Below are positions 29,686-40,007 of a stretch of 64,000 nt of DNA, in pieces. The notes below the pieces were generated by a model. The model ran no database searches and was not told the origin of the DNA. It was given only the letters and a program-made list of their open reading frames with translations. Within the stretch, counting starts at the first letter, position 1, and every line of letters begins with the position of its first letter. A program made the translations under genes and the position numbers. The stretch comes from Candidatus Limnocylindrales bacterium (GTDB lineage Bacteria; Moduliflexota; Moduliflexia; Moduliflexales; JAUQPW01). The stretch covers positions 1-64,000 of the forward strand of contig DATMBG010000006.1 of assembly GCA_035559535.1 (NCBI GenBank), in the 5' to 3' direction.

Positions 29686-31704
29686 ATGAAAGTTCACATA
29701 AAGGCCGGGGTTTGGAGCGGTATTTTGACCGGTTTTTTGGTTAGCTTCCTGGAATCGATATTTTTATTGTTTACCACCGGGAGCATTCTGGCAAACTTCC
29801 TCTTTTTCCTGAAGGCTGCACTCCTCTATGGAATCGTTGGAGTCGTAGGGGGATTGTTGATGGCTGCCCTTTTGAAGGGTTCCTTATTACGGGATGTCCC
29901 TTGGGAAGAGGAAAAGCTAAAATCCTTTTACTTTTCTCTGTTTCTCGGAATATCTCTTTTTGTAGAAATAACGGTTTATTTACTGGATATAGTTTTTCCC
30001 GTTTTGGGACGAGCCCCCAGTAACCTTCTCTATATTGGACTTGTGGCCGCCTTTTCAGCCATTTTGAGCTGGCTGCTGTTTAAATTCCTTCCTATCTCAA
30101 AGTGGGGTGGGAGCCGCAGAGGGTTTATTCCCCTCAGTTTGGTAATTTTGCTGATGGTTTATTACGGATTGTTTTTGATGGAAAAAAACAATGAACAAGA
30201 GTTCTATATGGCCAAAAAAATTTCCTCTTCAGATCAAAGGCCTAATTTCTTGATCATTTCCATGGATACAACCCGAGCCGATCGTTTTTCTTGTTATGGA
30301 CATTATCGGCAGACCACGCCCCATATTGATCAGATAGCCAGAGAGGGTAGACTTTTTAAAAATGCCATCTCACCTTCGACCTGGACGGTTCCCTCCCATA
30401 TGTCTCTGTTTACGGGAGTTTATCCCTCCAAGCATGGCGTGGGTTATCTGAATACTCATTTACCAGAGGATCTACCTACCCTGGCAGAAATTTTATCCAG
30501 AAATGGTTATCGCACTTTCAGTATCTATAATAATCCCTTTGTAGGAAGAATGGTGGGAGGGACAAAAGGCTTTAACGAAGCCATAGGAGTTAATCTGGAT
30601 CGTCGGGTTAATTTAACCCTTGAGAGATTGTTCGAACGGTTTGTCTATAATGATATCGGAGCAAATTCCAAGAAAACGGTGGATCTGGCTTCTAACTGGA
30701 TCAGTACCACCGCTCATACAGGGCTTCCGTATTTTGCCTTTGTCCATTTTAACGATGCCCATTCCCCCTATCGGGCTCGAGAACCTTACTTCAGCGAGTT
30801 TGTTAAGGACCTGGATCTTACTCAGGTGGATCTTTCTAAAGTTCAAAAAGTTAACGCCCATCGCCGGGCTTTTCACAAATATCTTACCGGAGAAGTACAA
30901 CCCTCCCGGGCAGATTTCGAATATTTAAAAGCTTTATACGATAGTGAAATTAGGTTTGTAGACGAACAGATTGGAAAATTACTTGAATTTCTAAAACAGA
31001 AGGGACTCTTAAAGAACACCCTGGTCATTATTACGGCAGACCACGGAGAGTATATCGGGGAACATAACCTGATGAATCATCATTTTTATCTTTATAATAC
31101 TGTACTCCACATCCCTTTGATCTTTTGGTATCCGGAACGGATTCAGCCGGGGGTGGACCTTCGCTATGCCTCTCTGGTGGATATTCTACCAACCGTTCTA
31201 TCATTAGCAGGTCTGGAAGGTCAAATACCTTCCCATGTTCAAGGTGCAAATCTGATCACTCCGGAGAGCCAAGACGTGAGGGTTGTTTCATTAGAACAAC
31301 CCAGGCCTGTTTATTCGGAGTGGTGGGGTTGGTTGTTAGGGGAAGCCGGCCAAGACAAGGCCCAAAGTGTATCTAAAGATGGGAGCAAAGCCATTTTGAA
31401 AGAAAATCTGACCCCGGCTGAAATTTTGAACTTTGCCAACCAATCCTCTAAAGATAGTTCAAAGGCTATTTACAACGGAGTTTGGAAATTAATCTGGTTG
31501 TCTAATGGCAAGCATGAATTGTATAACCTGGCTTATGATCCAAATGAACAGAGAAATCTTATAGAGGCTTATCCTGAAAAAGCTCAGGAATTGGAGGCTA
31601 AACTGGATCAATGGTTAGGTTCTTTTCAGCAAGCGCGTGCAGGGTCGAGTACAAATAAAAAGCAATTTAGGCAGATGTTAAGATCCCTGGGTTATGTACA
31701 ATAA
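29686..31704 (+). CDS. Membrane-anchored sulfatase-like/AlkP-superfamily enzyme (Thr-type signature)
   Basis: About 5 N-terminal TMs; DTTRAD, WTVPSHMSLFTG, DAHSPY and TADHGE motifs; ends LRSLGYVQ. Confidence 0.85.
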   Translation: MKVHIKAGVWSGILTGFLVSFLESIFLLFTTGSILANFLFFLKAALLYGIVGVVGGLLMAALLKGSLLRDVPWEEEKLKSFYFSLFLGISLFVEITVYLLDIVFPVLGRAPSNLLYIGLVAAFSAILSWLLFKFLPISKWGGSRRGFIPLSLVILLMVYYGLFLMEKNNEQEFYMAKKISSSDQRPNFLIISMDTTRADRFSCYGHYRQTTPHIDQIAREGRLFKNAISPSTWTVPSHMSLFTGVYPSKHGVGYLNTHLPEDLPTLAEILSRNGYRTFSIYNNPFVGRMVGGTKGFNEAIGVNLDRRVNLTLERLFERFVYNDIGANSKKTVDLASNWISTTAHTGLPYFAFVHFNDAHSPYRAREPYFSEFVKDLDLTQVDLSKVQKVNAHRRAFHKYLTGEVQPSRADFEYLKALYDSEIRFVDEQIGKLLEFLKQKGLLKNTLVIITADHGEYIGEHNLMNHHFYLYNTVLHIPLIFWYPERIQPGVDLRYASLVDILPTVLSLAGLEGQIPSHVQGANLITPESQDVRVVSLEQPRPVYSEWWGWLLGEAGQDKAQSVSKDGSKAILKENLTPAEILNFANQSSKDSSKAIYNGVWKLIWLSNGKHELYNLAYDPNEQRNLIEAYPEKAQELEAKLDQWLGSFQQARAGSSTNKKQFRQMLRSLGYVQ

Positions 31705-31754
31705 CAATTATCAATTACCGGTTGTTAATTGTTTATTAAAACAATTGTTAACTT

Positions 31755-32999
31755 ATGAACAAAAGAAGAGTGGTTGTTACAGGATTAGGAGTGGTTACAC
31801 CTCTTGGAAATAACGTCCAGGAGTTCTGGGAAGGACTTTGTGCCGGCAGGTCGGGGATTGGCTATATTACCCGATTTGACACTCAAGACTTCCCAATTAA
31901 GATTGCCGGCGAAGTAAAAGGATTTGATCCTCTTCAATATATAGATAAAAAAGAAGTTAAGAAAATGGATACTTTTATTCATTATGCCCTGGCAGCCAGC
32001 GAAATGGCTGTGCAAGATGCAGGGATTAAGTTAGATGATCTGGATAAGGATCGTGCCGGCGTCCTCATTGGGTCTGAAGCAGGTGGCCTCCCGGCCATCG
32101 AGGAAGAACACAAGCTCCTCCTGGAGAAAGGTCCCAAACGTATCTCTCCCTTTTTTATTCCAAGCCTTTTGATTAACCTTGCTTCGGGTCAAATCTCTAT
32201 CCGTTTTGGATTTCGAGGCCCCAATCTGGCTGTAGCTACCGCCTGCGCTGCGGGAACCCATGCCATTGGCGATGCCTTTAAGATTATCCAGAGAGGCGAT
32301 GCCGACCTCATGATCAGTGGTGGAACCGAAGCGGAAATTACTCCCCTTGCCATTGGGGGTTTTAATGCCTTAAAAGCCCTCTCTCGACGGAATGAAGAGC
32401 CTCAAAAAGCCAGCCGTCCTTTTGATAGAGATCGAGATGGTTTTGTCATGGGAGAAGGATGTGGTCTTCTCGTGCTGGAGTCTCTGGAACATGCTCTGAA
32501 AAGGAATGCGGATATCAAAGCGGAAATTGTGGGTTATGGACTGACGGCAGATGCCTATCATATGACCACACCTTCCCCTGGGGGAAGAGGAGCTGCCCAA
32601 TGCATGAAAATGGCCCTGGCGGATGCAGGATTGGTACCAGAGGAAGTAGATTATATCAATGCCCACGGGACTTCCACTCCTCTCAATGATGCTATAGAGA
32701 CTGCTGCTATCAAAGCAGTCTTTGGTAAGCATGCCTATCGGCTGGCCGTTAGCTCCACCAAGTCCATGATAGGGCACCTCTTAGGTGCCGCCGGAGGAGT
32801 TGAAGCGGTTGCAACCGTTTTAACCATTCGAAATAATCTCATCCCTCCCACCATTAACTATGAAACCCCAGACCCCAATTGTGATTTAGATTACGTGCCA
32901 AATAAGGCACGGCCTGCAGAGGTTAATGTAGCCTTATCCAATTCCTTCGGTTTTGGGGGAACGATCGGTTGTATCGTTTTTAAGAAATTTCAGCAGTAG
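31755..32999 (+). CDS. fabF: Beta-ketoacyl-ACP synthase II, variant
   Basis: [19 protein letters not shown] and SNSFGFGG motifs. Confidence 0.93.
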   Translation: MNKRRVVVTGLGVVTPLGNNVQEFWEGLCAGRSGIGYITRFDTQDFPIKIAGEVKGFDPLQYIDKKEVKKMDTFIHYALAASEMAVQDAGIKLDDLDKDRAGVLIGSEAGGLPAIEEEHKLLLEKGPKRISPFFIPSLLINLASGQISIRFGFRGPNLAVATACAAGTHAIGDAFKIIQRGDADLMISGGTEAEITPLAIGGFNALKALSRRNEEPQKASRPFDRDRDGFVMGEGCGLLVLESLEHALKRNADIKAEIVGYGLTADAYHMTTPSPGGRGAAQCMKMALADAGLVPEEVDYINAHGTSTPLNDAIETAAIKAVFGKHAYRLAVSSTKSMIGHLLGAAGGVEAVATVLTIRNNLIPPTINYETPDPNCDLDYVPNKARPAEVNVALSNSFGFGGTIGCIVFKKFQQ

Positions 33000-33076
33000 G
33001 TCTTAGGTCTGTGGTCCGTTGTGGGGAGTAACACAAATTACCTTATGTTTTACAACGGACCCCAGATGGCAGTCTT

Positions 33077-34522
33077 ATGCCAGTCAGACTTTTTAAACCC
33101 CTCGATAAGGGACTGGATCTCCTGATAAATCTTTTAGAGAGTTTGTCGGTTGCGACTATTTTAGCGGGTATAGGAGCCGGTTTTTTTTTAGGCGGCTTTA
33201 TTCTGGGGTGGTATAATGACCAGATTACCATCCCTGCAGGAGGTTATCTTACCCCTATTTTAGAGAACTCCCTGGGGAATCCCGGGTGTAAACTTCTCTC
33301 CTACATGAGCTTAACCATCTCAGCACCCGAGATAGCCTGTCATAATACACGTCCTGGATTAATGGAAATATTACATGCCATTCCTCGTCTCTCCTTTGGA
33401 AATCTGGCTCTGATATTTGGAATGTTGGGAAGTCTGACTATTTTTCGCCCCTTTCGTTTCCTTCGGATCCCCATTGGAACGGCATCTTTACTTCTAGGGA
33501 TAACCTTCATTGCTAAGTTGACGTGCTTCCATTCAAACCTTTTAGAGCCTTTAGTGGATATCAATGACCAGCATATGAAGCTTCTGTTTTTCAGTACCGT
33601 GAATCTCCCTCCTAATAATCTGGCCTTTGAGCCGAGTTTTATACCTGGATTTAAAACAGATTATTTGTTGGATCGGATCGATTCGACTTTTTACTTTTTA
33701 AGCTGGGGCTGGTATCTGACTATGGCCGGAGGGGTACTTCTCGTAAGTACGGGTTTACCTATAGGTATAGAGAAATCTAAGTATCTGCCTTTATCGGTTA
33801 TATTACGCAGGATTGGAATGGTTCTTTTCTTTTTATTTGTTTATAGCCTTGGTTTATTCCTGCCCTGTATGTTGGCCGAGTATGAACAGATAGAGGGAGA
33901 TAATTACCTGGCTCAGGGGAACTACGAACAGGCCTTGATAAAATATTTTTCAGCCCAACGTTTGAATAATCAACTTTTTTATCATCAGGTCTTCCGTGAA
34001 AATTTGGGTGAAGTTTACTATAAGCTAAATCGAGCAGATACCCCTGAGTATTATATCTATCGAGGAACTCTTCTTTCTAAGGAAGGTAAAACCCTGGAAA
34101 CCCTGGCGACTTACCAACAGGCTCTGAGGATGAGTCCGGATGATCCGGTGATAAAGAAATATCTGGTTTCCCTCTATATTCAGCAGGGATTAGATTATTT
34201 TAATGCCGGTTCCAATGAGTATAGTGCCATCCAAAGTTGGAAGGCTGCTCTAGAGATCGATCCTCGCCAGTTACAAGCCCACTTTTATATGGGGAAAGCC
34301 TATTTTGATATGGGTAATTATGAACAAAGCATCATAGAAAATCAGACTTTTATTGCTAAAACTACCAATAGCATTTTGAAAGCCAATGCTTATTCTAACA
34401 TTGGGGATTGCTATGTCAAGATGGAAAAACCCAAAGAGGCTAAGGCTGCCTATTTACTATCAAGAAGTTTAGATCGAGTTCTCAATAACCGGATGACAGA
34501 TAGTCTGGCCGGAGGTATATAG
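33077..34522 (+). CDS. Membrane protein with C-terminal TPR repeats
   Basis: Several TM segments followed by TPR-like helices (AHFYMGKAYFDMGNYEQ). Confidence 0.75.
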   Translation: MPVRLFKPLDKGLDLLINLLESLSVATILAGIGAGFFLGGFILGWYNDQITIPAGGYLTPILENSLGNPGCKLLSYMSLTISAPEIACHNTRPGLMEILHAIPRLSFGNLALIFGMLGSLTIFRPFRFLRIPIGTASLLLGITFIAKLTCFHSNLLEPLVDINDQHMKLLFFSTVNLPPNNLAFEPSFIPGFKTDYLLDRIDSTFYFLSWGWYLTMAGGVLLVSTGLPIGIEKSKYLPLSVILRRIGMVLFFLFVYSLGLFLPCMLAEYEQIEGDNYLAQGNYEQALIKYFSAQRLNNQLFYHQVFRENLGEVYYKLNRADTPEYYIYRGTLLSKEGKTLETLATYQQALRMSPDDPVIKKYLVSLYIQQGLDYFNAGSNEYSAIQSWKAALEIDPRQLQAHFYMGKAYFDMGNYEQSIIENQTFIAKTTNSILKANAYSNIGDCYVKMEKPKEAKAAYLLSRSLDRVLNNRMTDSLAGGI

Positions 34523-34580
34523 GAGGCTGATAGTAAAGTGTTTAAAGTTTCTTTTAGCTTTAGACACTTCAGGTATTTTT

Positions 34581-37500
34581 ATGGAAGAGCGTGGGGATAT
34601 AGAGAAAAAGGACGGAATGATAGAGGGATATGGAAGTGAGGGGACTCTCTCTGCATCTTCATCCTCGCGTTTCCAGGTCCCTATTTCGCTGACCTGTGCG
34701 CTCCTGGTTGCAGGATTTGGAGCCCTTTTGGGCTATTTTGTTTGGAATACTTACGCCAACCGTACACTCATTCATTCTTACCCCTTGAGCTGGGGAAATG
34801 CCCAGTGGATCGCGACTCAGACAGAAGCACCCCAGGGATATTTCCGCAAAAATCTTTACCTGCCGCGCAAAGTTAATCATGCCTGGATTAAAGTGGCCGC
34901 CCCGGATTCCTATACCCTTTTGGTCAATGGAATATCTGTAGGTAAAAAGACTTTTCATGCCATCAATGTTTCTGGGGTTTATGATATTACTCCCTATTTA
35001 CGTACCGGAAAGAATGTAATTGGGGTCTTGGTTCGATTATCCGTTTATCCCGGAACAGGTCGAACTTTAGTGGAGGGGGCTTATGTCGATGATGTGAATC
35101 AAGAAACTCGATTCATCTCAGATGGTACCTGGAAGGTTAAGATTGTTGAGGAAAGACAGGGAGAGGGAACTATTTTGTGGTCAAGTCCGTCGTTCGATGA
35201 TGGTAACTGGCCTTTTGCTAAAGTCCTGGGCCCTGCCAATATAGAAAGGGTTTACCCCCTCAACGTGGATTATGGAGCTACGGAGGATTCCGTCACGGCT
35301 ATCGAAATCCCCCCCACGCATCCTCAGCTTATTACAGAGGCTCCACACGGGGAGTGGATCTGGTATCCGGATCCAGAGGTACGAACAGCCTATTTCCAGA
35401 AAGTACTGGATTTATCCCACCGAATCCGGGAGGTTTGGATTCGTGTTGCGGCCAGCCAGCGCTATAATTTAGAAGTCAACGGTATTGAAATTGCGAGTAT
35501 TGATCAATCCCTTAATCCCACCATTCAATCCACCAGCACCACAAATATCGTTACATCGACCACTTCTATCGCTCCGGTAACGCCTACCCGTTCTACAAAT
35601 CGCATACCTGCTGGAGTTCCTCAGAATCCGGCTGAAGGAACCGGCTCCCCCGCTCCCTCTAAATCCGGTCAGCTATCGGGATCATTGGATATCTATAACA
35701 TTACTCCTTTTATCCATCCGGGCTCGAACAGGATAGGAGTGAGTGTTCACGGGGAGCGCTCCTCACAGGCCTTACTTGTAGATGGCCTCATGGTTCATCA
35801 AAATGGCGAGGTAGAATGGTTTAAATCCGATTCTTCCTGGAAAACCTTACCTGTAGAGGATCTGAGTCCGCAACACTCCCTGGAGACAGTCCCTTCAAAG
35901 TCCTTACTTAAAGATGCCCGAATCGTGGGGAAATATCCGGATCTGCCCTGGGGTCTTCTCAAGAAAAACGCAAAAATTATAACCCTACCGAGTAATCTTC
36001 AAACCATCGCCTGGCTACTCCTGCTGGCTTATATGTTGGCAGGTGCTCTGATCATGGTATTCTTCTGGATTCTCTCCGGCTATTTACGCTATCGGCTTAA
36101 TCCCGAAAGCATTCGGCAGAAAGCCGGGAGGAGTAAATTACCCGTTGGTTTAAATCAGGCCCTTAGTTTAGATACCCTCGCTCACGTTCCTCCTGCCCTT
36201 TTTCTGGGTATTTGCTACCTGCTCCAGTATGATGTACGCTTTGATTATTCTTTTCCCTTTCAACCCTGGATTATTGCCGTGGCTATCTTGCTTCTGATAG
36301 GATTCAAACTGGCTTTCATTTTGGAAGCTAAAAAGGTAATGCGAAATGGTATTTCACGCTACCTCCCTTCGGTTTCTCGCCTTCCTGTTGATACCCTCAC
36401 CTTAACTACTCTGGAGGAGAGTAAAAAATTTCAATTGGGGTGTTTGTTGGTTATTTTGATCTGTGGGACCTGGTTGCGAATTCATAATATAGATTTTGAA
36501 TCCATCAACGGAGATGAATGTGGAACCCTGCGGGATGCCCTATCCATTCTTGTCCGTGGGTATGCTTTCAGGACCTTGGGAATTTATGAGAAACCCCTGG
36601 TAACCTATGAACTGCTTCCTTATCCCATTTCCATTTCCTTCTTACTTTTCGGAGTTAGCGATTTTGCTTTGCGTCTCCCTTCAGCCCTATATGGAATTTT
36701 CAGTATTTTTCTGATCTTTTACGTGGGGAGTAAATTGTTCAATAAAAGAATAGGTCTACTCGCTTCCGCTATCTTCGCGTTCATTCCTCTTTCTATCCAT
36801 TGGGCACAAAACGATCGCTATCCACAACCTACCCATACCTTGGGTCTGATAGTTAGCTATCTCTTCTACCGGGCCATCAATGAAGAAAGAATAAGACCTC
36901 GATACATCTACCCTATTGCTGTTTTATATATCTGGATGTTCTTGACCTGGGAAGGAACCGGCTTTATGCTTGGAGCTCTTGCTTTGGGTCTGGTTCTGGT
37001 TAGATGGAAAGATTACAAATGGATAAAAGAGCCCCATCTTTGGGCGGCTCTCATAGGAATTGTAACGGTTGTTCTGGTCCAGGGATTCCGACGTAAGGTT
37101 TATACGGCAAAATACCTGGTAATTGGAGAAGGGCTCTTAAGTGGAGTAACTTTAGCACCTGTTTTTTTCGATCCTTTATACGATCCGTATTATTATGTGG
37201 ATAACTTTTTCCGGGCTGAGAATCATTCAATTATGACAGCCCTATCCCTCGTCGGATTACCCCTTTTTGTTATGAATCCGGGATTGCGCTTCTTTGCTAC
37301 TATTCTGATTACCGTCTGGTTTCTGTTCACCAACCTCTTTCCCTTGCCTACCAACCGATATCTTTATCATGTTCAACCGTATCTAATTATTCTGGCTGCG
37401 GCTACCTGTGTTTATTACGGAGATTATCTCATTTCCCTTGGCAAAGGGGTTATTTCTCAAACTAAAAGCTGGATCAATACGATGATCCTGGTTATTCCTC

Positions 37501-37985
37501 TTTTGGTTCTATTCCTTGCCACGAATCCTTTTATTTTACAATTGTACCGACTATCGAGTCTTCCTAATACCGGAGTCGTGGATACGCGCTACCGTACCTA
37601 TCAGTCGGATCAAAAGACCTCCAATCAGTATATAAGAGACCATTGGCAGGAAGGAGATTATGTGATAAGCGCAACTCCTGATGTGACAAAGTATTATGCC
37701 GGGCAATCCGATGCCTTTCTGGAAAGTTTTACTACCCTCATCGTAGTATATGCCGAGCAGGGAAAGGACTTCATATTGCAGGATAAATCTATCGGTGTAC
37801 CCTCTCTCATAGGACTACGAGATTTAAAAGACGCTGTAAACCAACATCAACGGGTCTGGATTGCGGCCGTCCCAAACAGTATGTTTAACAAGCTAAATAC
37901 GCCTGAAGTGTTAAACTATATTAACACAAATTTCAAGGTCGTATATGAATCCTACAACGCAAAGATTTACCTTTGGGAAAAATAA
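34581..37985 (+). CDS. Tandem galactose-binding-like domains fused to a GT-C (ArnT/PMT-like) glycosyltransferase
   Basis: YFRK...VNG...YDITPYLRTGKN pattern twice; then LRI.......GDE, ALRLPSA and a multi-TM region. Confidence 0.75.
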   Translation: MEERGDIEKKDGMIEGYGSEGTLSASSSSRFQVPISLTCALLVAGFGALLGYFVWNTYANRTLIHSYPLSWGNAQWIATQTEAPQGYFRKNLYLPRKVNHAWIKVAAPDSYTLLVNGISVGKKTFHAINVSGVYDITPYLRTGKNVIGVLVRLSVYPGTGRTLVEGAYVDDVNQETRFISDGTWKVKIVEERQGEGTILWSSPSFDDGNWPFAKVLGPANIERVYPLNVDYGATEDSVTAIEIPPTHPQLITEAPHGEWIWYPDPEVRTAYFQKVLDLSHRIREVWIRVAASQRYNLEVNGIEIASIDQSLNPTIQSTSTTNIVTSTTSIAPVTPTRSTNRIPAGVPQNPAEGTGSPAPSKSGQLSGSLDIYNITPFIHPGSNRIGVSVHGERSSQALLVDGLMVHQNGEVEWFKSDSSWKTLPVEDLSPQHSLETVPSKSLLKDARIVGKYPDLPWGLLKKNAKIITLPSNLQTIAWLLLLAYMLAGALIMVFFWILSGYLRYRLNPESIRQKAGRSKLPVGLNQALSLDTLAHVPPALFLGICYLLQYDVRFDYSFPFQPWIIAVAILLLIGFKLAFILEAKKVMRNGISRYLPSVSRLPVDTLTLTTLEESKKFQLGCLLVILICGTWLRIHNIDFESINGDECGTLRDALSILVRGYAFRTLGIYEKPLVTYELLPYPISISFLLFGVSDFALRLPSALYGIFSIFLIFYVGSKLFNKRIGLLASAIFAFIPLSIHWAQNDRYPQPTHTLGLIVSYLFYRAINEERIRPRYIYPIAVLYIWMFLTWEGTGFMLGALALGLVLVRWKDYKWIKEPHLWAALIGIVTVVLVQGFRRKVYTAKYLVIGEGLLSGVTLAPVFFDPLYDPYYYVDNFFRAENHSIMTALSLVGLPLFVMNPGLRFFATILITVWFLFTNLFPLPTNRYLYHVQPYLIILAAATCVYYGDYLISLGKGVISQTKSWINTMILVIPLLVLFLATNPFILQLYRLSSLPNTGVVDTRYRTYQSDQKTSNQYIRDHWQEGDYVISATPDVTKYYAGQSDAFLESFTTLIVVYAEQGKDFILQDKSIGVPSLIGLRDLKDAVNQHQRVWIAAVPNSMFNKLNTPEVLNYINTNFKVVYESYNAKIYLWEK

Positions 37986-38046
37986 CTCATTGTCCCTTGT
38001 CTAAGGACTCTAGGCAAGGGACAAAAAAAGACAAAGGATAAAGAAT

Positions 38047-38724
38047 ATGTTTTATAATCCCGCTTATTTTGATTTTGTAAAACTCCTTGAATCTAACTGG
38101 CTAAAGATCAGAGCAGAGGTTGAGCGGCTCCAGGGGGAGAATTTTAATCCCTGGTACGAGAAACACCTTTATAATAAGGACTGGACTGCCTTTGGTTTAT
38201 ACAATGGATATAAACAGGAGAGGGGGCAAAAGATAGAGGAAAACTGTGCCTTATGTCCGGAAACTACCAGGATTATTGAAGCTATTCCGGGTTTGATGAC
38301 GGCGGGTTTTTCGTGTCTGGCTCCGGGTACCTATATAAGACCCCATAAGGGTTATGAAGGAAATGTGCTGCGTTGTCACCTTGGCTTGATTGTTCCAGAA
38401 GGGTGTGGCATAACCGTTCAGGGAAAAACTAAAACCTGGACGGAGGGAAAATGCATTGTATTTGATGATACTTTTGTTCATGAGGCCTGGAATTTTGGAA
38501 AGAGTAAAAGAATTGTATTGCTGATGGATATTAAAAAAGATAAGGATGTCCTGGGAATAGATCTTTCTGATGAAAAGTATATAGAACCTTTCACATGGGG
38601 TGAAATTCTTAGAAGAGAGTTTCAGTATACCCGGCTTTTCTACTATAAAGTAACGACTAAGTTAGCTAAGATGAAGCAGGCCTTGAAGGGTTCTGGTGAA
38701 AAGCCATACAAATCCGCTGCCTGA
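38047..38724 (+). CDS. Aspartyl/asparaginyl beta-hydroxylase family (LpxO-like) Fe/2OG oxygenase
   Basis: CPET, PH.G...LRCHLGL and FDDTFVHEAWN motifs. Confidence 0.9.
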   Translation: MFYNPAYFDFVKLLESNWLKIRAEVERLQGENFNPWYEKHLYNKDWTAFGLYNGYKQERGQKIEENCALCPETTRIIEAIPGLMTAGFSCLAPGTYIRPHKGYEGNVLRCHLGLIVPEGCGITVQGKTKTWTEGKCIVFDDTFVHEAWNFGKSKRIVLLMDIKKDKDVLGIDLSDEKYIEPFTWGEILRREFQYTRLFYYKVTTKLAKMKQALKGSGEKPYKSAA

Positions 38725-38956
38725 CCCCCTTCTCTGTTTTGAGGACGAGGCATTCTTCAACGGTCAGGGTTATCCTCTCCTACTTTCACCGATGAATGCT
38801 TTGTCCTTACTCAAAATATTGCTTGATAAATCTGGATTTTAAGCCTATCTTATTGTCGATAAACGCTGGTAAGTTATGTCTCACTTTAAGAGCCGGTGGT
38901 TCTTGCTCCTTATTTTTTAGAGAGGAATATCTAAAATTAAATCCAATGAGATCGTC

Positions 38957-40006
38957 ATGCGTAAAATTCGACCTATTCTGTATGTAAGTATCCTGGTAAT
39001 TCTTTTATTTGCAGTTTTCCTTAAAAGACATCACTTCTTCAAAAAAATCCTCATAACCCAGAGCCAACGAACCTCCGAGCAAACTCAAAAAATCAATCGA
39101 ATCAAAAAAGATGTGAATATCATTCAACCCGAGCTAACCGACCCCAATATTGATACCTACCTTCATCCCCATATTGCTTATCGAAATTTAGAGGTTCCCG
39201 GGAAAGATAAACTCTTTGTGTTTCTGCCGGGTACCGAAGCTAAACCCAGTGGCGTGAAGCAACTACTTAAAGTAGTTGCGGATACCGGAACCCCCATTAT
39301 TGGGCTAAGCTATCCTAATGAGCCTAGTGTTCGAGACCTCTGTCGGAGTGATTCGGAATGCTATGGTAAAGTTCGGGAAGAGGTCATTTACGGAGCGGAT
39401 ACATCTCCACTGGTTAATGTAAATCGTGCAAATTCTATTATGAACAGGCTCATCAAGCTGCTGCAATATCTGGATCGCCAATCTCCGGAGGAAGGATGGG
39501 GGGAGTTTCTTAGGGAGGGTAATCAGATTAACTGGGCAAAGATTATCATTGCAGGTCATTCCCAAGGAGGGGGACATGCCGCCTTTATTGCAAAAAATCA
39601 TCTGGTGAGTCGTGTGGTTACCTTGGCTGCACCTTTTGATTCGCCCAACGAACCGGAGGATCCGAAAATTAAACCTGCCAGTTGGTTACTTGAACCCCAT
39701 GTGACCCCGGGTAACCGTTATTATGGTTTTGGTCATGTAGAGGATTTTGCATTAACGGTTCTTGTACCGATCTGGAGAACTTTACAATATCCTGGGGAAC
39801 CCGTGAATGTTGATAAAACAAGTCCTCCCTATAATAATAGTCATCAACTTTATACTGCTTTGGAACCTTCTGCAGTAAAAAACGTCCGTATAGGTATCCA
39901 AAAGGAAGCTCATATGATGATTGTATCCGATATAGCAACACCCCTCGACAAAAATGGAGAACCGGTATTTGCTCCGGTGTGGAGGTATATGTGTTGCCAA
40001 GAATAG
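38957..40006 (+). CDS. Exported alpha/beta hydrolase (BPSS1187-like)
   Basis: VFLPGT and GHSQGG motifs; N-terminal membrane anchor. Confidence 0.8.
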   Translation: MRKIRPILYVSILVILLFAVFLKRHHFFKKILITQSQRTSEQTQKINRIKKDVNIIQPELTDPNIDTYLHPHIAYRNLEVPGKDKLFVFLPGTEAKPSGVKQLLKVVADTGTPIIGLSYPNEPSVRDLCRSDSECYGKVREEVIYGADTSPLVNVNRANSIMNRLIKLLQYLDRQSPEEGWGEFLREGNQINWAKIIIAGHSQGGGHAAFIAKNHLVSRVVTLAAPFDSPNEPEDPKIKPASWLLEPHVTPGNRYYGFGHVEDFALTVLVPIWRTLQYPGEPVNVDKTSPPYNNSHQLYTALEPSAVKNVRIGIQKEAHMMIVSDIATPLDKNGEPVFAPVWRYMCCQE

Positions 40007-40007
40007 A

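Noticed and set aside
22051-32999. Nod-factor-like pathway (APS kinase, sulfotransferase, gmd, KS)
   Set aside because: No NodA/B/C-like genes; Wzx and GT-C point to a lipid-linked glycan route.
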